Below, one piece after another: positions 51,292-61,111 of a DNA stretch of 64,000 nucleotides. The DNA is from Gammaproteobacteria bacterium (lineage in GTDB: Bacteria > Pseudomonadota > Gammaproteobacteria > Pseudomonadales > PIVM01): positions 5,127 through 69,126 of the forward strand of contig PIVM01000007.1 of assembly GCA_003353945.1 (NCBI GenBank), read 5' to 3'. Numbering within the stretch: the stretch's first letter is position 1; every line of letters begins with the position of its first letter. The notes below the pieces were generated by a model that saw only the letters and a program-made list of their open reading frames with translations, did no database searches and was not told the origin of the DNA. The position numbers and the translations under genes were made by a program.

Positions 51292-51382
51292 ATAACACCA
51301 AGCCCGATGGAGTATTCAAACTACTCCGAGCTGCAGTTAATCCAAATTTGTTTAACTCAAACATATCGTGCAGGAGACTGTT

Positions 51383-51661
51383 ATGGCGTCGCATATTGAA
51401 GCTTGTCCGTTTTGCGGTACAGAGCACAACCACATATCCCACAATATGATGACGTTTTTTGTCGTTTGCCAGCGCTGTAGTTCTTCTGGACCACGGCGCA
51501 GAAAGGTCGATATTGCTATCCAGGACTGGAACCAGCTCTCGACGTCACAACAGCAGTCGAAGCACATTACCAATAAAACACAACACATCAAAGTGCTGCT
51601 GAGCCAACTAAACCAACTGGAACGGGAGGTGAAAAACGTATTGGCCAACAGCAAGCGCTAA
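51383..51661 (+). CDS. Lar-family (restriction-alleviation-like) zinc-ribbon protein with a coiled-coil tail
   Basis: An ATG at 51383 follows AGGAG (the track starts at a GTG at 51368). MASHIEACPFCG..VVCQRCSSSGP..DIAIQDWNQ matches the CPFCG...C..C...A...WN pattern of Lar-like proteins. Confidence 0.5.
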   Translation: MASHIEACPFCGTEHNHISHNMMTFFVVCQRCSSSGPRRRKVDIAIQDWNQLSTSQQQSKHITNKTQHIKVLLSQLNQLEREVKNVLANSKR

Positions 51662-51756
51662 CGGAAAAAAATATCCCGGGGGTAATAGGGTGAAAACGCC
51701 TGCTTATTTGCGAGCCAGAAGGTGCTCAATAGCTCTGAAATACAGCACGCTTTTTA

Positions 51757-52581
51757 CTATTTTACATTTGTTGGTGCAGCGCTTTGCATTCGGTTAAACG
51801 ATTTTTGCAATTTATCAAGGTTGGCATTAACTTGTTTACGGAATGCATTGATTGACTGCACCCACTCTTCATTAGTTTGTACACGCTTGGACAATTTACT
51901 TTGCTCGTTGCCAAGTTTATTTATCTTATCCGTTACTTTTTGTGATCGTGCATCTAATGATGTAAGCTGCTTTTCAGCTTTTTTTAAGCGCTTAGTCATA
52001 TCACTGTAGGCAGAAAGCTTTTTATTTTGGCTCTCAAGACTTGTTTTCACTTCCGACACGCGAGTCTGCAACACGGCCGTTTCATCACTTTGCTTATCCA
52101 TAGCCTGCTGCAGGGCCTTCAGTTGTTTGGTATGCCCAGTCAATTCCTTCTGATTTCTCCGCCAGGCCGATGCCCACAATTTATCCATCTGATCCCACAG
52201 TTTTTCAGTCTTCCCCTGCAATTCCTTCAGTTGCACCTGCATGACAACACCGGATTTGCTCATACTTTCATCAGTATTGGACAATTTGGATTCCAACTCG
52301 CCAATACGCGCCTGGGATTGAACCAACACATCGTGCTGTTCGTATATGTGCTGCTGTAATACATAATTCCAGCCAGCCAACCCACCCATTCCTAGCATCA
52401 ACACCAGTATCACCAATATCATGCCCCATGGCGTCGCTGGTTTATCGGTTACAGCAGCCTTTTTTTTGGCGGAGCGTTCCGCCTCATAATGACTTGACTG
52501 GCGCAAAGCCAACTCATCCTCGTCAGGGACCATAGTGGGCAAATCATGGTCATCCAGGTCTTCATGATCTCTTTGGGGCAT
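51757..52581 (-). CDS. Membrane-anchored coiled-coil protein, unknown function
   Basis: 274 aa. Acidic N-terminus, one TM segment (WGMILVILVLMLGMGGLAGW), then about 200 aa of heptad-like K/E/Q/L-rich sequence. Confidence 0.5.
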   Translation of the reverse strand: MPQRDHEDLDDHDLPTMVPDEDELALRQSSHYEAERSAKKKAAVTDKPATPWGMILVILVLMLGMGGLAGWNYVLQQHIYEQHDVLVQSQARIGELESKLSNTDESMSKSGVVMQVQLKELQGKTEKLWDQMDKLWASAWRRNQKELTGHTKQLKALQQAMDKQSDETAVLQTRVSEVKTSLESQNKKLSAYSDMTKRLKKAEKQLTSLDARSQKVTDKINKLGNEQSKLSKRVQTNEEWVQSINAFRKQVNANLDKLQKSFNRMQSAAPTNVK

Positions 52582-52727
52582 AATATTCGGATTTCCAGTC
52601 AGTAATAGCAGGCGGGCTATTATACATGGGGACGTTGGACATGGCAGTCAATCACACGGAGAAGAAAAACTTTGTGCGATTAGAGACACTGAAAAGAGAC
52701 GGATATTATTTTACAGCCTCCAGGCAG

Positions 52728-55088
52728 CTACTGTAGTCGTGTATAGCGCTCTAATGCACTTTCCAGATCACCAATTTTCACTGGCTTGCTGATAAAATCA
52801 TCCATACCTATTTCCAGACAGGTTTCTTTTTCCCCTTTCATAGCATTCGCTGTCAGAGCAATGATCGGCATGTGCTGCCCCGTTCTTTCTCGTTGCCTGA
52901 TCTGGGTTGTTGCCGTATACCCGTCCATTAAGGGCATATGACAATCCATGAAGATTAGATCATAGGGAGACTCTTCCCACATTCTAATTGCTTCCTTTCC
53001 ATCGGCCGCCACATCAATTGTGCAACCCAGCTTTTCCAACATCCGGGATGCCACCTTCTGATTAACAATATTATCCTCAGCCAACAATACCCTCCGCCCA
53101 GTGAAATCCGCTCTTGGTTTTGGTTTCGATAAGCTGTAAGTCATAGATGCATGAAATGGCAGTTGCTGCACGCCACCTTCCGATAACAGGCATTGCTTCA
53201 AAACCTGCTGCAGATCTCTTTCTCGCACCGGGCGCGTGATATAGGCATCAAATCCCACGTCCCTGATCATTCGGTCTCGGTCCGCATGAGGCACTTTCTC
53301 TAACAACAGGAATTTGCAATGTTCAAACAAATCCAGGTTTTTTACTTGTTCCATAAAGCGTTTAAACTGCAAACTGCCTATACAGTCATCAACGACGACC
53401 AATCGACAAGGCGCATCCTGCTGCTGCGCTACCTGCATTTGCTTTAATGCCTGTGACACATCACCATAGTATTCAGCACTAAAACCCCACTGCGTTAACC
53501 ATTCTACGCTTAAATGATATTCACTAATACATTCACCCAACACCAGCGCTTTCTGCCCTTGAAACACGGCATTCGAATCGATTTCTCTTTCCCTCGTGGA
53601 ACAAGTGCCCGGTGTTAATGTCACTTCAAAACCAAAAACTGAGCCTAGCTGCTCTTTGCTACGAGCAAACACGTTTCCGCCCATCAGATCGGATAACTGT
53701 TTACAGATACTCAAACCCAAACCAGTGCCACCATAACGCCGCGTGGTTGAGGAATCCGCCTGTGTAAATTCCTCAAAGATGCTTCCTATCTTGTCGCCAG
53801 GAACACCGATACCCGTATCCAAAACCGAAAACTCCAACCTGACACTAGACTCACCCTGATCTAACACCTCAACATTCAACAGCACACCACCAAATGAAGT
53901 AAATTTAATGGCATTTGTAACAAAATTAATCAATATCTGGCGAATACGTCCAGGATCGCCAATCAGCAGCAGTGGCGTACCGGGTGCAATGCGTAATTGG
54001 AGGTAGATTTTTTTCTCAGCTGCTCGATATTTAACCAGCTCAATGAGTTCATCAAGACATTGATGCAAGTCGAACTCAATACGCTCCAGATCCAATTTGC
54101 CCGCTTCAATTTTAGAAAAATCCAGAATATCGTTAATGACAGTCAACAAAGATCCAGCCGAACTTTGAATTGCTCGGATATATTCCATTTGCTCTGTCGT
54201 CAAGGTCGTCTCGGCCATCAGCGATGCCATACCAATGACACCGTTCATGGGGGTGCGAATTTCATGACTCATTGCAGCAAGAAACTCAGACTTACTGTGC
54301 GTGGCACGCTCTGCTTCGTCCTTGGCAGCTTTTAACTCATGTGTTCGCTCTTCAACCCGCTTCTCCAGATTAGCGTGAGATCGCTCCAGAGAAGCATCAC
54401 GCACCTGGACTTGCAGAAGCATCTCATTGAACACATCCGACAATCGACCCAGTTCATCATCACTATACTTATTGACTCTAATGGCATAGTTGCCCTCGCT
54501 GGACACTTCCCTGGCCACTTTACTTAATTCATTAATAGGGCGTGTAATGCCCCGCAAGAACCTGGATGCCATTAATATTGCCAAAGCCATAGTCAACAAT
54601 CCCACCAAGGCATTAATCAGCAAGTCTTCACGCAGTAGTTTGTAAAGGATATTCATATCATAACGGATATAAATAGTACCCAAACGCTCCCCTTCCAGCT
54701 CAATATCATGCATAAGATTGATATAATCAGCTGTATATTGAAATCCTCGCCATACCTGCATGCCGGGAACTTGCTGCTTGTTTTTCGGTGCCTGATAGCT
54801 GGCAAACAATTTGCCGTCTCCAGTATAAATAGCAGCTAATAACAGACCATCGACATTTGACAGGGATGCCAACGATTCGGTAGCAGACACAGCATCCTCA
54901 AATGCCAACGCCGCAGTATTATTGCTACCGATCACTCGTGCATGACTGAAAAGCAGTTCAGCCGCATCTTTTCTTTCACTGAAATAGGACCACACCGCAC
55001 TAAAGGCAGTGACGGAAATAATCGCCATACTAACAACCGTAACGATTAAAAAATTGAGTTTATGTCCTACTGATCGCTGGTTTTTCAT
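52728..55088 (-). CDS. Hybrid sensor histidine kinase / response regulator
   Basis: 786 aa with an N-terminal periplasmic sensor between two TM segments. HAMP domain, H-box [17 protein letters not shown], HATPase domain, a degenerate receiver, and a C-terminal REC ([23 protein letters not shown]). Confidence 0.85.
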   Translation of the reverse strand: MKNQRSVGHKLNFLIVTVVSMAIISVTAFSAVWSYFSERKDAAELLFSHARVIGSNNTAALAFEDAVSATESLASLSNVDGLLLAAIYTGDGKLFASYQAPKNKQQVPGMQVWRGFQYTADYINLMHDIELEGERLGTIYIRYDMNILYKLLREDLLINALVGLLTMALAILMASRFLRGITRPINELSKVAREVSSEGNYAIRVNKYSDDELGRLSDVFNEMLLQVQVRDASLERSHANLEKRVEERTHELKAAKDEAERATHSKSEFLAAMSHEIRTPMNGVIGMASLMAETTLTTEQMEYIRAIQSSAGSLLTVINDILDFSKIEAGKLDLERIEFDLHQCLDELIELVKYRAAEKKIYLQLRIAPGTPLLLIGDPGRIRQILINFVTNAIKFTSFGGVLLNVEVLDQGESSVRLEFSVLDTGIGVPGDKIGSIFEEFTQADSSTTRRYGGTGLGLSICKQLSDLMGGNVFARSKEQLGSVFGFEVTLTPGTCSTREREIDSNAVFQGQKALVLGECISEYHLSVEWLTQWGFSAEYYGDVSQALKQMQVAQQQDAPCRLVVVDDCIGSLQFKRFMEQVKNLDLFEHCKFLLLEKVPHADRDRMIRDVGFDAYITRPVRERDLQQVLKQCLLSEGGVQQLPFHASMTYSLSKPKPRADFTGRRVLLAEDNIVNQKVASRMLEKLGCTIDVAADGKEAIRMWEESPYDLIFMDCHMPLMDGYTATTQIRQRERTGQHMPIIALTANAMKGEKETCLEIGMDDFISKPVKIGDLESALERYTRLQ

Positions 55089-55189
55089 ACTGCCAAGCTA
55101 ATAGTTAAATTCCATATTGACTCTCAAACACATCAATCCCAAAAGATCATACTTGATTTGCAAATTAGGGAGGGAAGCAATGAACCATA

Positions 55190-55822
55190 TCAATCTCCCA
55201 CCAAATCGGCAAATTTCAATAGCTTTGAGCTGATGGATATAGGGCTCTCTCGTAGCACTTCCATATTGACAATAAATTTCACTCGCTTGCGTTGCTTGTC
55301 AAACAAGATACCGACCATACCTCCCTGTCCAATAAAGTCTTCGCTGCCACCAACCAATAAGGTATTACTGCCTTTCATCTTGGCAATAATGTGCGCTTTA
55401 TTGTTAACCAAAGACTGACTGAGATACACCAGTTGGCAACTTTTCAGCTTGCTCCATAATTCAGACTCATTCCGACCTAGCTCATCATAATCAATTTTCA
55501 GAACCTCAATGCTGCGATCCTGCGCCTGACGGCCATTAAAACCTTGCATTAAGAACGCAGCAACCGTGTCTTGCCCAACAATACCCACACGAATGACATT
55601 ACTCGCACTCATATCAGTCTCAGGCCAGCGTGTAAATTTCAGAACATTATAGACATAAGCGGCTTTTACCTTGGCAAGTCGCTCATTATCGGCAGCCTGT
55701 GCGGAAGATCCCAGCGCTATGACAAGCGACATCAACAGGCTAAAAATAGCTAACAATCGCCATCTGCAGCTTGTCAAATAATTGATCAATCTGGCCACAC
55801 AATATTTCGCATCATTATTCAA
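55190..55822 (-). CDS. YfiR-family (DUF4154) periplasmic protein
   Basis: 210 aa with a signal peptide. AKVKAAYVYNVLKFTRWPE is the hallmark N-terminal motif of DUF4154/YfiR. It lies directly upstream of the hybrid kinase. Confidence 0.65.
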   Translation of the reverse strand: MNNDAKYCVARLINYLTSCRWRLLAIFSLLMSLVIALGSSAQAADNERLAKVKAAYVYNVLKFTRWPETDMSASNVIRVGIVGQDTVAAFLMQGFNGRQAQDRSIEVLKIDYDELGRNESELWSKLKSCQLVYLSQSLVNNKAHIIAKMKGSNTLLVGGSEDFIGQGGMVGILFDKQRKRVKFIVNMEVLRESPISISSKLLKFADLVGD

Positions 55823-56202
55823 GCAGCTGACTCCGTATTAACTGCATCATCCATCTAAACTGCAAATCTATTCTCTAGAGAGTATAGATTAATACCACAT
55901 TAACGCCCGTGTATAGGTGCCCCCAAATAGCCCTTATTTGCACCATACTATCGATAGTTATCAAAATGCCGGCGCCGTGTATTTGCGCTTTACGCTGTTG
56001 TGTTTACTAACTGCATTCAGTCAATGCTTAGACCTCTTTTGATATAGTTTTCAATAAGAATATCAAAACTGCCATTGCGTATGACCGCCTTAATTAAGCC
56101 GGCTTGATTGTTACTGCGAGCTATTCGCTCCACGTCCAAGACCTTTTCTCGGACAAGGATTTTCGGGTCATCACGCAACATGCCTGCAATGCCAAGATTG
56201 TT

Positions 56203-56414
56203 TAGCCCGTATTTCTCACAAGGATTTCACATTGAAAGTGAGGGCCGACGCTCTGTAAGGTATTTTAGGAGGGATTCAGGTATTGTGTATACCTTTGACC
56301 GAGTAAAATGCTTTACAGAGTGTCAAAACCAGTTTCAAGCGAAATAGGCAAAATGTACAGAACTTTCAGTGCAAAACAAGAATCGAAGCTCAGTCTTGTG
56401 AGATATGCGGGTTA
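56203..56414. repeat. Nested imperfect palindrome of about 210 bp (MITE-like or structured RNA)
   Basis: Outer arms 56203-56222 and 56395-56414 pair at 17/20. Middle arms are 56228-56240 and 56360-56372. Inner arms 56251-56267 and 56304-56320 pair at 15/17. The tip hairpin is aggtat (56278-56283) with atacct (56289-56294). Confidence 0.6.
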
Positions 56415-56878
56415 GGGCCTCCTCACTGATGCCAATGTGACACCCTAGAGTAACCGCCAGAAAAGCATCATTGAGGGAGTACTCCAAAGCATGCTCATCT
56501 TTTTTTGCGTATTTTGGATATCCACGTCATGGCATCAGGACTGCGCAAAAATTACGAGACCGCAGCATATCGAATACGGCGTATTCACAAGTCTATTAGT
56601 AAATGATTCACTCATCAACTTCGCGATATGTCATAGGTATCGGGCGGAGGAACAACTTATATGGCAATCAGAAATATAAAGTATTTTGAATCGCTAGTAA
56701 TTTGTAAAACTACACAGGTCACACTCAGAAAACTACTTAGACTTTAGGAACGTTAATCATCAACATGAGAGTAATTACGTTTTTGTTTTTCTACAAACCG
56801 CTTGAACCCCTCGTAACCGTAACACGCTCGGGACATAAGCTAATTTATAGCAAGTTGGCCCACAGATTACTGATCATA

Positions 56879-57250
56879 CTAGTCTGCCAAAGGTGGCACG
56901 CTCATATGAACTTCACCTTCGTTTCGACCACTCTCTAACATATGCCGTAGACTGGATAAATTGTCAAAATCAATACTCACGCAACGAAAACCGAGGCTGT
57001 GATTTTCAGAATGGGTAAGAACGACGTCCATCTCAATTACACTCCCATCTTCTAATCGAATCGTAGCATGAAAAAGATCAGAAACATTATCTGTCCAGTT
57101 TTCAGGATGTTCTACCAGTAAGCCGTTAAGCGAAAGATCGATAAGCGATGTATTCCAACATCGCTCCCCCTGCTCTAACTCAGTGCAGCAATCATACGCT
57201 GTACGAGACAAAACCCGCCTGCAATCAAGTGAAAATGTTTTGTTGTTCAT
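56879..57250 (-). CDS. PilZ domain protein (c-di-GMP receptor)
   Basis: 123 aa. RRVLSR (RxxxR) and DLSLNG (DxSxxG) are the two canonical c-di-GMP-binding motifs, at the correct spacing. Confidence 0.7.
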   Translation of the reverse strand: MNNKTFSLDCRRVLSRTAYDCCTELEQGERCWNTSLIDLSLNGLLVEHPENWTDNVSDLFHATIRLEDGSVIEMDVVLTHSENHSLGFRCVSIDFDNLSSLRHMLESGRNEGEVHMSVPPLAD

Positions 57251-57364
57251 CCTTAGCGCTCCTCTAATATCGGGAACTCCTCTTATAATTGTAGTCTTTG
57301 TGTTGCTCCAAACAAGGAATTGTTAGTTATAAAAGCCTAGGCTCCTACGCAGATTCCAGCATCA

Positions 57365-57965
57365 CTCATGTGTTGTCAGCACGCCGCACACAACGTGCAT
57401 AGTTATACACATAGCGAATATCTCCCTGGGGGCCATGACTATCAGGATAGTCATTAATGTCACCACTTTTCGGATCGCTACGTTGAGAACCGGCACCGTG
57501 TACATCCATCAGTGTGCCATTCATATAACCCTGTGCTTTGCCAAAGGCAACATAGGCAGCGTAGCTTCCCGGAGTTAGTCCGTCTAGGTGACTCGTACCA
57601 CTCCAATAATATGGATATTGACCTGCATTTCGCTCAGGATCAAGGATTTCAGTGGAGACGAATAATGGATCAATTGCTGGACCACCCGTTACGTCGGGTC
57701 GGGTGTGCGATTGTAGTCAACAATACTTTGTAGCGCCTTTGCGTTGGGAAGACGCCAGTCACCATGTTCCGCCATTGTCAGCGTTTCACACCAATCAATC
57801 GCTTCTTGCCAATTGACTCGGCCATCGCTAAGAGAGCCTGCATTGGGGTAACTGCCGCTGTCATACTGCATCCACATTAAACCCGTTGCTCTGTCGGTAA
57901 TGGTGTTGTCGCCATTGTCTTGAAAACTATTAATGAAATTTTCTGTTCCCTTACGTAACGCACAA
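57365..57965 (-). pseudogene. DUF1566 (Lcl C-terminal domain) family gene, frameshifted and 5'-truncated
   Basis: Minus-strand translation gives ..FQDNGDNTITDRATGLMWMQ..WRLPNAKALQSIVDYNRTPDPT*. After a frame change near 57690 it continues AIDPLFVSTE..YPYYWSGTSH..DVHGAGSQRSDPKSGD..GPQGDIRYVYNYARCVR. No start codon or signal peptide could be found. Confidence 0.6.
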
Positions 57966-57981
57966 AGTAAGCCTTGCCAGC

Positions 57982-58701
57982 TTGAGTGAAAGGATCATAT
58001 TTGGGGTAACCCTTGATTCGATTAGGAGTTTGACTGAGGGGACTCGCCGTTTGATAGGCGGTGATTATAAAACCACTATTATTGTGAAAAGAACTGATGA
58101 GATGGACCAGCTGTCACATGACTTTAATTCACTGGCCAACACCTTAAGCGAGAATGAAAAATCGCGACGCCAGTGGATTTCCGATATCTCCCATAAATTG
58201 AGAACACCGCTCGCGGTATTAAAGGGTGAGATTGAAGCCATTCAAGATGGCATCCGTGAAGTGACGATAGACCGGATTGATTCTTTACACGCAGAAGTGG
58301 AGCAGCTAAGTCATCTGGTGAGTGATTTATACGCGTTGTCGATGTCGGATATCGGTGCACTGAACTACCATAAGGAGCAGGTGGATCCTATCGATGTACT
58401 TAAGGAAACGATAGACTCTTTTCGAGGAAAGTTTGATAAGCAACAGATTACACTGTCTTGGCAATGCGAGAACAATGAGGAAATTGTTTTGTTGGCGGAT
58501 GCTGCGCGAATCAAGCAACTGTTCAGCAATATCATGAAGAACACCTTACGAGATTCCGATACTGCAGCACAGAAAATCACAGCCTCATTTGGCATATCTC
58601 AATATCGCTTGGGGGAATCTATACAGAGTTTTATTAATCGCGCTGATCAAGCACTCTACAAAGCGAAAGTGGCTGGCCGTAACAGCTTTACCGATCTTTG
58701 A
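57982..58701 (+). pseudogene. Chimeric remnant: BaeS-like histidine kinase HAMP/DHp/partial HATPase fused to the last ~40 aa of a GGDEF domain
   Basis: RRLIGGDYKTT..DEMDQLSHDFNSLANTL..ISDISHKLRTPLAVLKGEIEAIQDG, then an N-box-like LFSNIMKNTLRDSD. The sequence then switches abruptly to TASFGISQY..ADQALYKAKVAGRNSF, a GGDEF C-terminus. It has no TM/sensor region and no G1/G2 boxes. Confidence 0.55.
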
Positions 58702-59317
58702 AAATTTGGCTAAGCTCAATATCTACTTAAGCTTCGTTTTCACCTACTGATACACATGAAGAGTATGCAGATCATAATAACTGATGACGATCTCTACAAC
58801 TGTTTCCTTTTTATGATGCGCCACAATAGATGTGTTACACAAAATTGTAAAAAAAGTAAACCCTTGTCACATCGTAACGCTGCTGTTTGTTATCACATTC
58901 ATATTGCTGGACGCCTTAATTTTGAATGAATGTAACTTATTTTTGTAGAAACCAATGACGCATCTGTGTACTTTTTATATACTACATCCAAGCTGCAAAG
59001 ACCTACTTTTTACCACAATTTATAAATCAAGAAACATATAATATGACGCCTTTCCAATTTAGTTGGCACACTAATTTTCCAATAACCTTAAAATTATCAT
59101 AAGCATTATTATCTATGTTAGTTTTTGCTATTACTTCGTTTTGCTCTAACAGAACATGCAGAGCATGCGCACAGTTTGATATTGATAAAAGTAAACGCAC
59201 ACACCATTATTCCTAACTGAAGCTTATATCACGTGATTAATTACAAATAGATACTTGCATATTTCGATAGTTGAGTTGATTATCGCGCATAGTAATTTAG
59301 TAAGGGAGGACTTATAT

Positions 59318-59602
59318 ATGCTAAGGGGAAAGATCAATCAACAAGCATTGGATGATATCATTTCCGGAATGGCACGTGAGTATGAATACAGTGATTGCCA
59401 TACTGATCGAAAACTAAAAGAGGTGCTTCATACGTTAGTTGAACTTAGTTTGAATGCGCCTGGCACTCGATCCATGGAGGTGATCGATATTTTAAGCTCT
59501 GCGGTTCTGATGGCTTTACAAAGAGAAAAAGTCAAAGCGACAAATACTCAACCATTGTTTTTTAGCAACCAACCAAGAGAATACGCAAAGGAAAATAGTT
59601 AG
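59318..59602 (+). CDS. Hypothetical protein
   Basis: An ATG at 59318 lies 8 nt after AAGGGAGGA (the track starts at 59255). 94 aa, with no recognisable motif. Confidence 0.4.
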   Translation: MLRGKINQQALDDIISGMAREYEYSDCHTDRKLKEVLHTLVELSLNAPGTRSMEVIDILSSAVLMALQREKVKATNTQPLFFSNQPREYAKENS

Positions 59603-59959
59603 ATCCGCCATTAACGTTTTTATAAAATAACCTTAATTAAACCTTTCTCTCCCTTCCCATGCACATCCTGCGGGCTAACATGCATTCGCTCGCCTGCAAG
59701 AGCATGAAAAGCTAACAACTGCGACCAGCAATACAATCTTTGCCATTCACGCGAAAAGCATCATATATGCCTCCTTTTACAGCATGAGTAGCAAAATGCG
59801 ACACAACGGTCAATACTTCATGTGAATCTAGACGGAATGTCGGGAATGCCATGCCAATATCTTTTTTATCCATTCTTCACGTCTTATTCATTCCTGCTCA
59901 ATCGGCGCTATGGTGTAACTGTTGATATGACCGAGTTTTTTCTGGAGCATGACTAACTT

Positions 59960-61004
59960 ATGAAATTAAAGCGAATACTGCTTGTACTTTTGGCTGGGGT
60001 AATTGGCGGTATTATGCTTACTCCCACAAACCCAGATCAAGTGCTTCCATATGTAGAAAAAGACATTATTGATTTTCATGTACATGTTGCGGGGCTTGGT
60101 TTTGGCGATTCTGGCTGCTTTATCAATGAGGCGATGAAAAACAACTACCGGTTTGAGTTTTATCTACGTGCCATGGGTGTATCTGTTAAAGAATTGAAAA
60201 AATATGGAGATCAGATTATCCTGAAAAAAATTAGCCACGCTGTCATATTATCCCTTGATGGTGGTCGATGAAAACGGACATCTTGATAAAACACAGACAC
60301 AAGTTTATGTCCCCAACGATTATGTCTTGAGAGAAACACGGAGATACGACAATTTATTGTATGGTGCGAGTATCAACCCATATCGGCATGATGCAATTGA
60401 ACGCCTTGAAAAAGCGGCTCGACAAGGCGCTGTTTTGGTTAAATGGATTCCGTCTATTATGCAAATAGATCCCTCAGATAAGAAATTGATCCCGTTTTAT
60501 CAAAAAATGGTCGAACTTAAACTGCCTCTACTCACGCACACAGGAATGGAAAAATCATTTAGTCATGCTCGCGATGAACTGGCAGATCCAAAACGACTCG
60601 CGCTACCCTTAGAGACTGGCGTCACCGTTATTGCCGCACACATTGCAACTACCGGCGAATCAGAAGGTGAGGATAACTTTGAGCGGATATTGCCACTTTT
60701 CAGACAATACCCAAACTTATATGCAGACATCTCCAGTCTTACGCAAATTAACAAGCGTGGATTTTTGACCAAAGCACTAGCCGCTCAAGTGCTTGAGAAT
60801 AGGTTGGTATACGGCACCGATTGGCCGTTGCAGTTTTTTCCCCTTGTATCGACATGGTTCAATCTCAATGAAATATCATTTTCTGAGGCCAAGTCAATTA
60901 GTCAAATAGACAACCAGTGGGACAGAGACGTTGCCTTAAAGTATTCGATGGGTGCATCAAAAGAAATATTTTACAAAGGCAATGAATTGTTTATTCAGAA
61001 ATAA
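59960..61004 (+). pseudogene. Amidohydrolase-2 (PF04909-like metal-dependent hydrolase) split by a 1-nt frameshift
   Basis: Two overlapping ORFs, 59960-60271 and 60255-61004. The N-terminal part has IDFHVHV (metal-binding HxH). Removing one g from gatggtggtcgatg restores ..VILSLDGVDENGHLD... Confidence 0.65.
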
Positions 61005-61111
61005 CGCGAAAGGTGGTGCGATGCAGCTTTGGCTCATTTTTCCACTATTCATTGATAGCGATGGATCAATGTTGGCGATCGCTAATCAAATGGATATAAG
61101 GGGTCGATAGT

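Noticed and set aside
51160-51399. A 79-aa ORF containing the TAVPPSL-TAVPPSL duplication.
   Set aside because: The repeat is explained by the 21-bp tandem DNA repeat. There is no RBS, the ORF overlaps the better-supported Lar-like start, and the composition is not protein-like.
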